A DNA stretch of 64,000 bases. Source: Octopus vulgaris (lineage: Eukaryota). How positions within the stretch are numbered: position 1 is the first letter of the stretch; every line of letters begins with the position of its first letter. The DNA lies in assembly GCA_951406725.2 (NCBI GenBank), contig OX597832.1, positions 6,448,001 through 6,512,000 of the forward strand, written 5' to 3'. The notes under the pieces are model-generated. The model was given only the letters and a program-made list of their open reading frames with translations. It did no database searches and had not been told where the DNA came from. A program made the translations under genes and the position numbers. Positions 24,069 to 36,322 of the stretch are shown in pieces.

Positions 24069-27065
24069 AGATCACAAACAATTGTGTCACAAATAGTATT
24101 CTTCTGTTAGAAGCCTGCATTATGAATTGTTTAATACACATTAAAGAATTTATGTATTATAAAAGCTTTCTTGTTATAAAACAGATTCTGAATCAATGAA
24201 AACATTACATTATCTTCTGTGTTCTCTTTCTTTTTATTCTTATTAACAGTTTATTAATGATTTTAGACCAGTGGTTCTCAAACACTTTTTTCTGCAGATC
24301 CTTTAGTAGGTGTACCTCAAAGAATAGCCAATTGCAAGTTTTCAGAAATTATGTTTAATTTTAGAAATACATACATTCTAAAAAAAGAAAAGAAATAAAG
24401 AAAATCTAATGGGGTAACATTGCTTAATTTTTGTACTAATTTCTTACATATTTCTGGTTTAAAGACAGACAGCTGAATTCTCTTATCTGCCCTAACTTTC
24501 AATGTATTATGATGATAAGATTTTTCTTTTATGGAGTTAATGTAGTATATCCTGCTTCACATAAATACATTGCTGAAAAGGGGAATAGTGCTTTAGTATC
24601 CTTTTTCTGGCATCATCATAAGCTATTAGGATTCCTAGCCAATTATGGGCATTCTTCCAATGCACATTACCCTGTTAGTTTCTTTTTACTTGATTTCATG
24701 TTATTTTCACTTCCTCTTCAGCTGATTTCCACTAGGGAAGCAAGGAAGGAAGCCAGAACATCCTGCCTTCTTTTTCTTCTTAAGTTATAACCTATGCATT
24801 TCCCCTTATGTCTTATTGACAGTTCTTATTCAGCTGTAGCTCAAGAGTCTTTGTTGCTCACAGTTCTGGATATCTAATGCTTAGGATATTTTTGAGGCTT
24901 ATTTGTGAATATTTGGGGCTTTTCAAGGATATACATGTTCATTCGCCGTAACTTGGGGCTATAGAGCAAGACAGACTTGACATTGTTAAAGAAAATTTGG
25001 TGCTACTTTGGCATGTAACCTACAACTTCAAGGGCAATTACTTTAGGTTAGTTTTTAGCTTTTTTTACGTTGCAAAACTCATGGCTGCCAAACTTGTGTG
25101 ATCTACATGCTTAATTTAATTATTATATTTTTTATTCTTGGTTTCTTCTTATTATTATTTACTAAGACATAAATGAAACATCGTTTTAATATTATTAAAA
25201 TAGTAAGAATTGTGAAAAGATTCATTAACAATACTTTGTATGTACAAAAGAATTTATTTAAAAAAAAATCTTTAGCCAACATCTTAAAAGTATTTAGAAA
25301 TTGAAAAGTAACCTAAAGTAATCACTGTTTAGTTGTAGATCACACGCCAAAATAACACTGAAAATTTTCAGCTTAATAGATCCAGATAGTATCTTTGCCC
25401 TCCAGACTAGCTTTGTAGTGGTAAGAAACTCTCAAGGAAGCTGAACAGCAGGTCTTCAGAGAGGAAAGCCCTCTCAGACAAGTGTGTTGGGGACAAGCCA
25501 CATAAAGGTCATGATAACTGGATGCCCTACTGCTGACACATTTTAGCCACTTGAATGTTGGAGACTTGGGCATTTAAACCACTTGGAGATTTCATCGAGT
25601 TGTAGCTTCTCTCTGTTGACTCAGCCTTCAAACTTATACTTAAGAAGAAATGACGTTGGTTGTCATGTTAGCAGTGGAACATCAAAGCTAACACAAGGAT
25701 TCACTCAGAGTTACTTCCCTTGGCGTTAAAATACAAAAACATTGCCTTCATACGGTATGGAGCCCGTTTTTGTTCCCTTCACCTGATGCAACTGGAACAT
25801 CTGTCTGTTGTCTTTGGTCCAGCTTTTCCCAGATATTATGAGTTTTTTCATTAGATCTTAAGCAGATTTTCCCAGAGCACCTCTATAGTATAGCAAAATT
25901 CAGACAGTAGCACTCTTCTAAAAATGCCGCTTGTGAAGTGGAATCTAAAGTGATGATATTTGTTGCATTTAGATTAGCTGAGTTTTTTACTTGTTAATGA
26001 AGTTTCAAATAAAGCTTCATTTTCTAATATGAAGCCTTGATCATTTGGAAATCATTTACTGAATTATAATGGTTTCCCAAAAGTTAATGCACTTCATTAA
26101 AATGTGTTGAAAGATCGTTTGAATTAATATCATCAAATTGTTTGCTAGATGTGTGTTTCTAAATAAAATAGAGAATGTATGAAGGTCATGGTTTTGCATG
26201 CAGATTTATCCAAAATTCTAATTTCATTTTGATAATTTGCATTTTATTATAGACCACAAAAATCTGGTAGCTGCTACCCTTTGGACATGAGGTTAAAGTC
26301 ATTTGTTTAGGGAAAATAGCATCCTTATGCAGTGTAGTCCTCCGTCTAAGTGACATCCTTGTTTGGCTTATATAGGAGGATATCACTTAGAGGGAGATGT
26401 ACACTAGGGAACAGATCCGTTTCCCAAGATATTGACAGATACCATTGAGTGAACGCAGAGTGAGATGGGCAGGGACTCTGCAACCAAGCTTCACGGTTTT
26501 TACCCCTCTACCAGTGCAAGAAAACAATTTCTATACAAGAACGACTAAGTAAAGAAAATATATTTATTGAAAAACACAAACTGCAATTGAATATGAATGC
26601 ATAACCAATTTTGATTCTTGGAAATATTTTAATGAACGCATAACCAACACTGTACATATTTTATCTCACTACTTTAGCTCATGAGTTTATATAAATTTAC
26701 CCTCCTGAAGTGCAATTACCTCCTCTGTCTCGAATAATAACAATCACCAAATACCTCCCCATAAATTTTCCTACATGCTGATTCATTTACAAACTCATAC
26801 AAACAGTATGGATTAAATATACAAAATTGCAATATTTTCACCAATTTCAATGTCATGATTAACGAAACACGAAACCAGTCGACTGTGCATTTTCCTTCTT
26901 TTATTCTATATATTTTCACTATGTGTGTATGTGTGTGTAACTGAACATGAAAATTGAATAATCAGTAATTAAATTAACTTGATATACAGAAAAACAACTC
27001 ATGTCCTTTGCCAATCTTGAAAATTATAAAACACACCTTTTATATGTTCAAAACAAGGGCTATTT

Positions 27066-27203
27066 GAATCTGTTCAGTTTGGCTCATGGATTTTTTCATT
27101 TTTTTTTTTTTGCCTGAGACATTCCACCAGTATACGAAGTTTCAAACTGCTTAGTTAAAAAAAAATTAATTAAAAAATTTGTGAACCAAATTGAACAGAC
27201 CCT
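27066..27203. mobile_element. Small Merlin-family MITE remnant
   Basis: Inverted ends tctgttcagtttggctca / tgaaccaaattgaacaga, plus the family subterminal motif ccagtatacgaagttt. Confidence 0.55.
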
Positions 27204-28169
27204 TATCTCCTAAAATTTTCATGTTCATATACAACTTGTTTCTCTATTTTGTATTTCTTCAACGTAGATAATTAACAGTAGATAATTAATTAACTCTATT
27301 TATTAACCAAATAACTGTTATTAACCAAATAACGTCTTCATCATAATTACATGTGTGTAACAACTTTGTCTGGCTATCAGTGCAGGCATGATCATGTGAT
27401 CAAGAAGCTCACTGTGTAGTCTTCGGATCAGTCCCACTGTGCAGCACTTAGACAAGTGTTTCCTACCATAGCCCCAGACTGACCAAAGCCTTGCAAATGG
27501 ATTTGGTAGACAGGGACTGAAAGAAGCCCATTGTTTGTGTGTGTGTGTTTGTGTCTTTGCGTTTATTCTTTTTATCTTTTATATGTTTCAGTCATTTGAC
27601 TGTGACCATGCTGGAGCACCGTCTTAAAAGAATCATGAAGCCGCTGCATGCCTTGACCTGCGGAGCACAGTGGCTGCTTCAACAGCCCATACACATCATT
27701 CACAGTCTGACATTTGCACTGTGATTAATGCAGAAGGCCAACAGTATTGTCGTGACAGGGGGGTGGCGAGCGCAGAGCTGCACTGGAGCAGCCGAGCAAG
27801 TGCCAACAGTGAACAGGGGCAATGCCAGTGGCATGGAACTGTGGTGACTGCCGAATGCCATTTTTCAGTCCAGTGCCTGGTTACGACCTGCAATCGCAAT
27901 ATATTATTTGTCACCCAACACTACTTGACAAACAGAATTGGTTTGTTTACATCCCCTAACCTAATAGTTTGGCAAAAGAGACCAGTAGAGTTAGCACCAG
28001 ACTTATTCAGCTAAACCTTTCAAGATAGCTACAGTCCAATAACTAAAACAACTAAAAAATTTTTAAATTACATATCTGGATTATTTTAAAGTTTAAATTT
28101 AGAGAAAAATATAGAGATTTCAATTAGAATAGAAACTGAAAATATTTTCTCATTAAATTTATCATTTAT

Positions 28170-28379
28170 CTTTTACTTGTTTCAGTCATGAGATTATGGC
28201 CATGCTGGGGCACTACCTTGAAGGATTTTTTAGTCAAATTAATCAACCCCAGTACTTACTTTTTCTTTCTTTTTGAAGCCTGATACTTATTCTATCGATA
28301 TCTTTTGTCAAACTGCTAAGTTACAGGAACATAAATACACCGACACCAGTTATCAAGCAGTGGTGGAACAAACACACAA

Positions 28380-28414
<35 letters not shown>

Positions 28415-28560
28415 ATGGGCTTCTTTCAGTTTCCATCTACCAAACCTACTCACAAGGCTTTGGTCGGCCCAAGGCTATAGTAGAAGACACATGCCCAAAG
28501 TGCTATGCGGTGGGATTGAACTTGGAACTATGTGGTTGGGAAGCAAACTTTTTACCACAC
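28170..28560 (-). mobile_element. CORE-type SINE
   Basis: Reverse complement of the 11703/16614 family. Confidence 0.75.
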
Positions 28561-29067
28561 AAACAAAAGAATAAGTTCCAAAAACAAATTATTTCTTTTA
28601 TTATTATTTTTCTTACTTCATCTTCATTGTTATTTTCCTTTCACAGGTTACACAGATAACACTTTTGGTTTTCTCTCTTTTCTGATTTTCTCTCCCACCC
28701 TTCCCTATTCTTCTTCTCTCCCCTTCACTGTTCCCTCTCTCTCACTCCTCCTCCTCGACTCTCTCGTCACTGACACGTGATGAGAGGGAATCCATCTTTC
28801 CAACTACTACCTTCACAAAGACTAAACGGGCTTATCCTCTCTCTTCATAAGCTCATCTCCTTAAACATTCAGAATAATTTTTCCATAGTCTTGGCTTAAC
28901 AGCCCTCATCGTTTGTTTTTACTGTTTTGTTCTCATTTTTCTGTCTTTTACTGTTTTTACTTTTTTTCTTGTTTTTAACTGTTTTGTTCTTACTGTCCTG
29001 TTCTTGTTACCACTTTCCCCCTCTGCAAAAAATGCCAAATTTTATTAAATTTGCTTTGCGGGAAGGA

Positions 29068-29144
29068 CTGTTTCAATGAAGTCACGCCTTGTCCTTACCT
29101 TCAAAACATGGAGTAGATGAAACAGGGACAACTGAAGAAGGGGA
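29068..29144 (+). ncRNA. Rearranged (non-circularly permuted) hammerhead-like motif, core-mutated copy
   Basis: Homolog of 63775-63850. Extra helix ctgtttca/tgaaacag, stem I ttgtcc/ggacaa, CTGAAGA at 29132. GAAA reads AAAA and GUH reads GCC. Confidence 0.55.
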
Positions 29145-29432
29145 ATATTCTTTTTGTTGTATGTCTCGTTTCTCTGGTTTTTTTTCGTTGTTTGAAAAAA
29201 AGTTCATTTCTAAGTTTTTGTTTTTATGTTTTCGTTTCTTTTTGTGTTCAACGTTTTTTTGATGTCCTGTACCCATATATGCATGTATATAGAGAGAATT
29301 CACGAAAAAAAACAAAAGATGAAGACAGGTGGTGTAGAAAACAAACAAGTGTATATATGCATTTATATATACATATATATGTAGGTATGTACATATATAT
29401 ATATGTATATATGCATATAGTTATATATTATT

Positions 29433-29497
<65 letters not shown>

Positions 29498-29862
29498 CCT
29501 TGGTGGAAAGGATTGCTGCAACTCAGCCCGTTCTTATCTGCACAATTAGAATAGCTGAGAGTGAAACTGGACAGTATGAAAGAAAAAGAACATTAAGAAC
29601 TTTTAATAAATAAATGATATTTAAAATGTCTTATGTTCCTTCCTCGCTTACTAGAATAAGTAGTGGACAGCAAGGGTTACCTTCTAGTCCTTGATTTCTT
29701 TTAGTGGCGCTCAATCTTTTGTAAGCATAAGGACTAGATCTCTAGTTTCAGGATGACTTCCTCCCTTGGCAGAAAAAATAAATAATTAAAAACAGAAATA
29801 AAAAAACACATGATTTTAACATTTTATTTTTATTTTCAGCTGATATCTTATTAATTATTTGA

Positions 29863-31062
29863 ATGATGGAAAATGAATTTTGTGGTACAGAAAACATTTC
29901 AGTCTTTGAAGGCTTGGAAAAACTGCAAAACAACCAAATTCCATTACTTTTTTCTGCAGGAACTCATTATGATGTTAGTTATACAATTGGAGGACAATTT
30001 AGTAAACAGATGACCAACTTTTGTGCTCAATTCCCAGAGCTGAAGTCTTCCTTACTTCCTTATTACAACTGTCGTGAAGGAAGATCCGTCTATGAGGGTT
30101 TCTTGGCATCTTGTAATGCAGCATTTCCTCAATACGTTGAAGAAATTAAAGGAATGTCTGATGGATCAGGTGTGGCTTTTGAAAATCTTTTCCTTTTAAA
30201 TTGCTTAAATGAAATGTTAATACTTTCAAAGAAATCTACTAATCTTGATGATACTAGAGGCTGTACATCTGTATTTATTAATAGACCTGATTTAAAGATA
30301 TTGGCACATAATGAGGACTATAGTCCCCGTATGGAAGCATATGTCTATATTGTCTGTTGTAAGATTGATGATAACTTTGTAAAGAAGAATGTTGTTCAAG
30401 AAGACCAGGAATATATTACAGCCTATTGTTATCCAGGTTTCCTACCTGGAGGAAATTTTAGTTTCAATAATCATGGAATGATTTTTGCATGCAATGGTCT
30501 TTATCCAGCTGAGACATACCGAGAATGCATTCCAAGACGATTCATTGACAGAAGTCTTTTGAGTGCATCCAGTGTTACACAAGCTGTCAAGATTCTAGAG
30601 GACAACAAACATGGTGTGGCTTATGGTATTTGTTGCAATATGGCTTCAGTGAAAGACAAAGATAATATGTGGGCTCTTGAAGTAGGACCCAAACATCAAC
30701 ATTACCTTCATACAATTCCACCACAGAATGATCCAAACAAAGATTGCCATTATATTCATGTTAATACCTACCAACATTTGAACATTGAAGAACTCCCTGC
30801 AGTTGCATATGGTAGTTCTGCTCACCGTTACAAACATGCTTCAAGCTTGCCTCCACCACGTTCTGTCTCTGACATTTGTAACATCCTTGGTGATACAGAT
30901 TGCAAGGAATATCCAATTTATCGAACTCCAAGACCCACAGATCGTTCTCAAACTCTAGCAACAGCAGTTTTTAATATTTTGGAAAACAAGGTTGATATCC
31001 ATTTAAAGAATACCAAGGACGATAAAGCACCAGCATTTAGTTTACCCCTGAATTTTATTTGA
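29863..31062 (+). CDS. Peptidase C45 Ntn-hydrolase, Tan-like, paralog 2
   Basis: Intact 399-aa ORF colinear with paralog 1, with G133-C134 and AHNED. Acceptor ttttcag at 29839; AATAAA at 31205. Confidence 0.9.
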   Translation: MMENEFCGTENISVFEGLEKLQNNQIPLLFSAGTHYDVSYTIGGQFSKQMTNFCAQFPELKSSLLPYYNCREGRSVYEGFLASCNAAFPQYVEEIKGMSDGSGVAFENLFLLNCLNEMLILSKKSTNLDDTRGCTSVFINRPDLKILAHNEDYSPRMEAYVYIVCCKIDDNFVKKNVVQEDQEYITAYCYPGFLPGGNFSFNNHGMIFACNGLYPAETYRECIPRRFIDRSLLSASSVTQAVKILEDNKHGVAYGICCNMASVKDKDNMWALEVGPKHQHYLHTIPPQNDPNKDCHYIHVNTYQHLNIEELPAVAYGSSAHRYKHASSLPPPRSVSDICNILGDTDCKEYPIYRTPRPTDRSQTLATAVFNILENKVDIHLKNTKDDKAPAFSLPLNFI

Positions 31063-31639
31063 TTATTACAGAGTATTGAATAGGTAACACCATTTATTTA
31101 CCTCATATATAAGTAGTTACCATTACAGCTAAATCATATTTGTATAATATCTTTATAATTAATGAAATATTATAAGAAAAATAGTGCTTTTGATTCAAAT
31201 TTTTAATAAAAATGTATTTTTGATATTTCAAACATTTCATCTTTTTGAATTGTAAAATTTTTAGTGTTTTGTTTTCTTCTGTCCAATCTCTTATTTGGCT
31301 GAACTACTACTATTGATGGAGGCTTATTAACTCATAAAGTCTCTAGAATACTTCGACAAATAGCCAAAGGAAGTCTTGAAGTATCTGAAGAAATTGGACA
31401 AAATTATACATATCTGCCATGAGAACCCATCTCTTGTGATAGAAATCAATCATTTGGGTAATTTGCAAACAAAGTTACTGAAACAAGGTAATAACAATGT
31501 CAAACGAGATGCACAAGAAAGAATTCCATGGGACAAGCAGTGTAATAGCATCATTTGTTCTTGAACTGAAAGAAATAGTCTTCCCACACCCTATAAAAAG
31601 TTAATAGAATTGCAGATGGCTGTGACAAAGCACAGTATA

Positions 31640-32215
31640 TTTCAAAGAACAATGCTATTGATGCCATCAACACAGCTTTCGTAGTAGTCTACATGGTATA
31701 ACCACACATATGTCCACAGTAGGTCCAGTCATGTTACATTCTGAAACCAGCCGATACAAAGCGATCCTCAATAATACATGGACATCACCTGACCACTGTT
31801 CAAAAACAAGGCTGTCAAACACAGGATTACGCACCATATTGAAACCACTAACCCACCTGTGGCCTCACGACCACAAAGACTGCCTCCAGACCACTTGAGG
31901 GTCGCTAAACAAGAGTTTCAACACATATTAGACCTGAGGATCATTCGGCCAGCCAACAGCAGTTGGTCCAGCCCACCACATTTGGTACCTAAGAAGGAGA
32001 CGAATGGCTAGTGTTCATGCAGAGACTTCAGAGCCCTCAACAAAGCTACAGTGGCTGACACTTATCCCATACTATACTTGCATGATTTTTCTGGTTTACT
32101 GAATGGAACACGGATTATTCCAAAAATCAACCTAATACAGGCCTACAACCAGATACTCACTGAACCTGCTGATGTTCCAAAAATGGCAATTGCCATGCGC
32201 TTCAGACTATTTGTG
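31640..32215 (+). mobile_element. Ty3/Gypsy pol (RT N-terminal) fragment
   Basis: IIRPANSSWSSPPHLVPKK, DFRALNKATVADTYPI and AYNQI..EPADVPKMAI motifs, with stops. Confidence 0.85.
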
Positions 32216-32697
32216 TGAAATTACATATATCAATATCTGAACTGCTTGAGCTCAGACTGGTGAACAAGGACCGGTAGTAGGAATCAGAGCATCATCATCA
32301 TTTAATGTCTACTTTTCCATGCTTACAAGAGTCAGATGGAATTTGTTGAGATAGATTTTCCATAGCCAGATGCCCTTCATGTCACCAACCCTCACCTGTT
32401 TCAATGCAAGGTAATATTTCCCTATGATCAGACATGTTTATCACGGAAGATTGGCTTTAAACAATGTTGCTTGTATGATGGTGTTGCTTATTTACAACTA
32501 TCACATGGTGTAAAGACAAGGGTACATACAAATATACTCACATGTTCATATATATGAAAGAAAGAAGGGTAAAAATACCACTTGCTAAAAATGAAAGTGA
32601 AAGCTTCAAAAAACCACCAATACACACATGAGCAATCCAATGAATATTTAAAAAAATAGGCCTACCTTCAGGATGGAATTTAAAGGTAGTTTACATA

Positions 32698-32759
32698 CCC
32701 CAATATCAATTGATTTCTGCTGTGCATGAGAAAACATGCTTTGAAATCATCAGTTGGAG
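32698..32759 (-). ncRNA. Type I hammerhead ribozyme motif with decayed stem II base
   Basis: Minus strand reads ctccaa-CTGATGA-tttcaaagcatg..catgcacagca-GAAA-tc-aatt-ga-TA-ttgggg. Stems I and III pair, and the stem III region is palindromic. Confidence 0.6.
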
Positions 32760-33043
32760 ACAGTATTTAACATCTATTTCTAAAATATTCATACATCAAC
32801 TCATGTGCGTTTCTAACTTTAAACGTCCCACTCCATTTAAAGAGAAGACTATTGTAAAAATAAAAAAGTAAATGAAGCATTATTACTGTTAAAAACAGTA
32901 ATAATGAGGTGGAGAGCAAAACTTCTACCTAAACATGTATAATATGAAATATTTGAATAAAAGAAGGGTTAGAAATATTAAACTTCTAAATGTCTCAAAA
33001 AGACATGAGCGGTGGTAGAGCGATAGAGTGGTTGTATACTGTC

Positions 33044-33165
33044 AACATAACGTGACAGTCCCGTAAGGGAATTACACCACAAGTCAAAGCCGACAGGAAG
33101 CGTCGATGCTTCCTAGGGTTAAACAGCAGTGGTGTAATTCCCTTACGAGACTGTCACGTTATGTT
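33044..33165. repeat. Tiny MITE-like hairpin with 37-bp arms
   Basis: aacataacgtgacagtcccgtaagggaattacaccac (33044-33080) and its reverse complement (33129-33165, one mismatch). Inner hairpin aggaagc-gtcgat-gcttcct. Confidence 0.8.
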
Positions 33166-33980
33166 AAAAATATATTTATTTTTTTATTAACAATTTGCTA
33201 ATGTGTATACATAAAATTAATATAAGCAGCAGGTTGCAATGATTTACCAAAACTGAGAATTATAATTGTAGGTGTTAAGAAGCACCTACATTGCTAGAAG
33301 TACAAGTTGTGTATGTATGTATACACACGCACACACGTTACAATATATCAGAAATATACAACTCCAGCAAGTTGTTTGTTTGTGTGTACAGTTTGTATAT
33401 CTCCATGCTGAATTCTGAATGATTGTTGGACAGTTTTATCCCTGTGGCTGATTGGGAGAAAGACAGAATAATACTAAAGTATGCAGACGGAAATGGTAAG
33501 AAGTCTACATTTGCACACTGATAAACAAACTGAAAAAGCTTGCTTCTTGATCAGATAGCATCCAGACAGCTGAAAGAGGTCGACTGATATTTGCTTATGT
33601 ATTTATAATTTTGCCAATTTAATTAGATCAGCTGAGAACAATAGAAATTCTACTTCCATATCTGATTTGACCAATGCATGCCATGAAAGGTCAGAGAGGT
33701 CAACTTTTTCTCATTCATTTCTGAATGCATAAAGGCAAAAACAATAGGTTGAACATTTGCTTGACAATGTTGAGAAATGTGGATTCAGTTTCAAATCCTA
33801 ACTTAGCTGTACTGTAGCTGTTTGCTACAAACATTTATACCCTTCAAAGTCAGATATTGGCAGAATTAGTAAGTTTATTATTATCTTGGTTGCTTAGCTT
33901 CATGGTACAGAGCTCTTAGCCAATTTAAGAGGTACAAGATTCAATTCTCTGTAGCAGCTTGTTAGCCACCTTTTTTTTTA

Positions 33981-34142
33981 TAGGTGCAAGCATGGCTGTC
34001 TGGTAAGAAACTTGCTTTCCAACCACATGATTCTGGGTTCAGTCCCACTGTGTGGCACCTTAGGCAAGTATCTTCTACTATGGTCTTGTGCAGACCAAAG
34101 CTTTGTGAGTGGATTTGCTTGATGGAAGGTGAAAAAACCCAT

Positions 34143-34174
<32 letters not shown>

Positions 34175-34520
34175 TGTATGTATGTATGTATGTATGTATG
34201 TACGTAAGTATGTATGTATGTATGTATGTGTGTATGTATGTAGGTACGTATGTATGTATGTATGTATGTATGTATGCATGTATGTATGTATGTATGTTTC
34301 TGTGTGTGTCTGTGTCTGTCCTCCCACCACAGCTTGACAACCAGCGTTGGTGTGTTTATGTCCCCCATAACTGATGGGTTCAGCAAAAGTGACCAAGAGA
34401 ATAAGTACCAGGCTTAACCAAATAAAGTACTAGGGTAGATTCAATCAAACTAAAAATTCTTCAAGGTGGTACCCCAACATCACCACAGTCTAATGACTGA
34501 AACAAATAAGAGAAAAAATA
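33981..34520 (+). mobile_element. CORE-type SINE, full length, with expanded (TATG)n
   Basis: Head ggtgcaagcatggctg..tggtaag, B box, core and tail as in the other copies. Confidence 0.8.
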
Positions 34521-34935
34521 AACACGTACTTAAACTTAGAAATTTAATCAAACTTAACTTATGGTTGAGTCTTTAATAATGGAAGGCAAGGTTTACGATA
34601 TCAGAGGAATACCGTCTTCTTCCACATTCTTTTTTGTTCTTTATGTAGTTCAGGCTTCCAGCAGGCGAAGAGAAAAGACTTCAAGTATAAATGCTATTTA
34701 CAACTGGTTTATTTACAGGAAAGGTGAAGTGTGCTACTCTCATCTACCATCTTAAGCTCCGAGAGTCTGCTACAAGTCCGTATGAAGTTATAGATTGGTT
34801 TACTGATGAAAAGCACACTAAATTCATACAATTAGACATAGCTAATTATTATGCATCACTTGATCCAGTTTTATTTAATAGAGCATTAATATTTGCAATG
34901 AAAACTCAAGCTTGTCTAAAGAAGGCATATATATG

Positions 34936-35163
34936 TCTTTACTACCCACAAGGGGCTAAACACAGAGAGGACAAACAAGGACAGACAAACGGATTAAGTG
35001 GATTACATCGACCCCAGTGCGTAACTGGTACTTAATTTATCGACCCCGAAAGGATGAAAGGCAAAGTCGACCTCAGCGGAATTTGAACCTAGAATGTAAT
35101 GGCAGACGAAATACGGCTACACATTTCGCCCGGCATGCTAACGTTTCTGCCAGCTCGCCACCT
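34936..35163 (-). mobile_element. Meta-domain SINE inserted in the Penelope RT
   Basis: Same family as 16198. Flanked by duplicated aaagaaggcatatat (about 34918 and 35165), consistent with a TSD. Confidence 0.8.
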
Positions 35164-36040
35164 TAAAGAAGGCATATATATTATACCAGCTGCTAGAATA
35201 TCCATAATTAAGTTTGAAGGAAAATGCCAGGAAAGGAAAGATAAACCTGATCAGTTTGATATTACCAGGGGCCCCTGCAATACTGCTCAGGTAAAAGATT
35301 TAGTAGGAATTTATATTTTAAAATGTATTAATAGTGAATTTCTACAAATGGTGGAAGGGATTATATAGGGACAACACTGTAAATAAATCTAGTAATGTGA
35401 ATATAGAAAAATCCCAGAAAAACTCTTTAAATTATTTAAAGATCTAGGTCAGTCTATTTTCATTGAAAATAAACATAGTAATGTAAACTTCCACCATCAT
35501 CATCATAATAATCCTTCAATGTCCATTTTCCATGCTAGCATGGGTTGGATGGTTTGACCAGAGCTGGCAAGCTGGAGAGCTGCACCAGGTTCCAGTCTGG
35601 TTTCTACAGCAGGATGACTTTCCTAACACCAACCACTTTACAGTGTGTGTTGGGTATCTTTAATGTCACACCATCATGAGCACTATTATGTGGTACTGAC
35701 ACAAGTGCTTTCATGACACCAGCATAGGACTCTTGCAATCCTCCTCACCAAGGGAAGTGACCTTAACACTCTTGTTGTGGAGGATAGGTCTGCTTGAGTA
35801 CAGCAAGGTGCCTGGTATCTCACTCCTTTGCCATCTTGTCTGAAAGGTTCAGAGTCCTGAGGTCATCCAATCTGGATTTGGGTACAGGAGAATGCCAACT
35901 GTACCACAAACCCAATGATAACCTTAAACATATACGTAAAAGCTCGAATCATTCTAAAAATATTACTGATTCTATCATCATTTAGTGCCCGCTTTCCATG
36001 CTAGCATGGGTTGGACGGTTCAACTGGGGTCTGGGAAGCC

Positions 36041-36322
36041 AGAAGGCTGCACCAGGCCCAGTCTGATCTGGCAATGTTTCTACGGCTGGATACCCTTCCT
36101 AACGCCAACTAAATATTTTTCTTTGTATATATAGATTATCCACTAATGAAGGGATTTTCAGGAATAATGAATGGTATTATAAGAAGGCTGCACCAGGCCC
36201 AGTCTGATCTGGCAATGTTTCTACGGCTGGATGCCCTTCCTAACGCCAACTAAATATTTTTCTTTGTATATATAGATTATCCACTAATGAAGGGATTTTC
36301 AGGAATAATGAATGGTATCATA
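36041..36322 (+). repeat. 141-bp direct tandem duplication spanning a SINE/Penelope junction
   Basis: 36041-36181 and 36182-36322 are near-identical. Confidence 0.9.

Noticed and set aside
24269-24300. hAT/Charlie-like TIR cagtggttctcaa, and piggyBac-like ggggttaa at about 19511
   Set aside because: No matching partner TIR was found, so element boundaries cannot be supported.
22875-31062. Horizontal transfer of the intronless C45 genes from bacteria or fungi
   Set aside because: Host-like AT content, upstream splice acceptors and Tan-like motifs known in animals; no positive evidence without a phylogeny.
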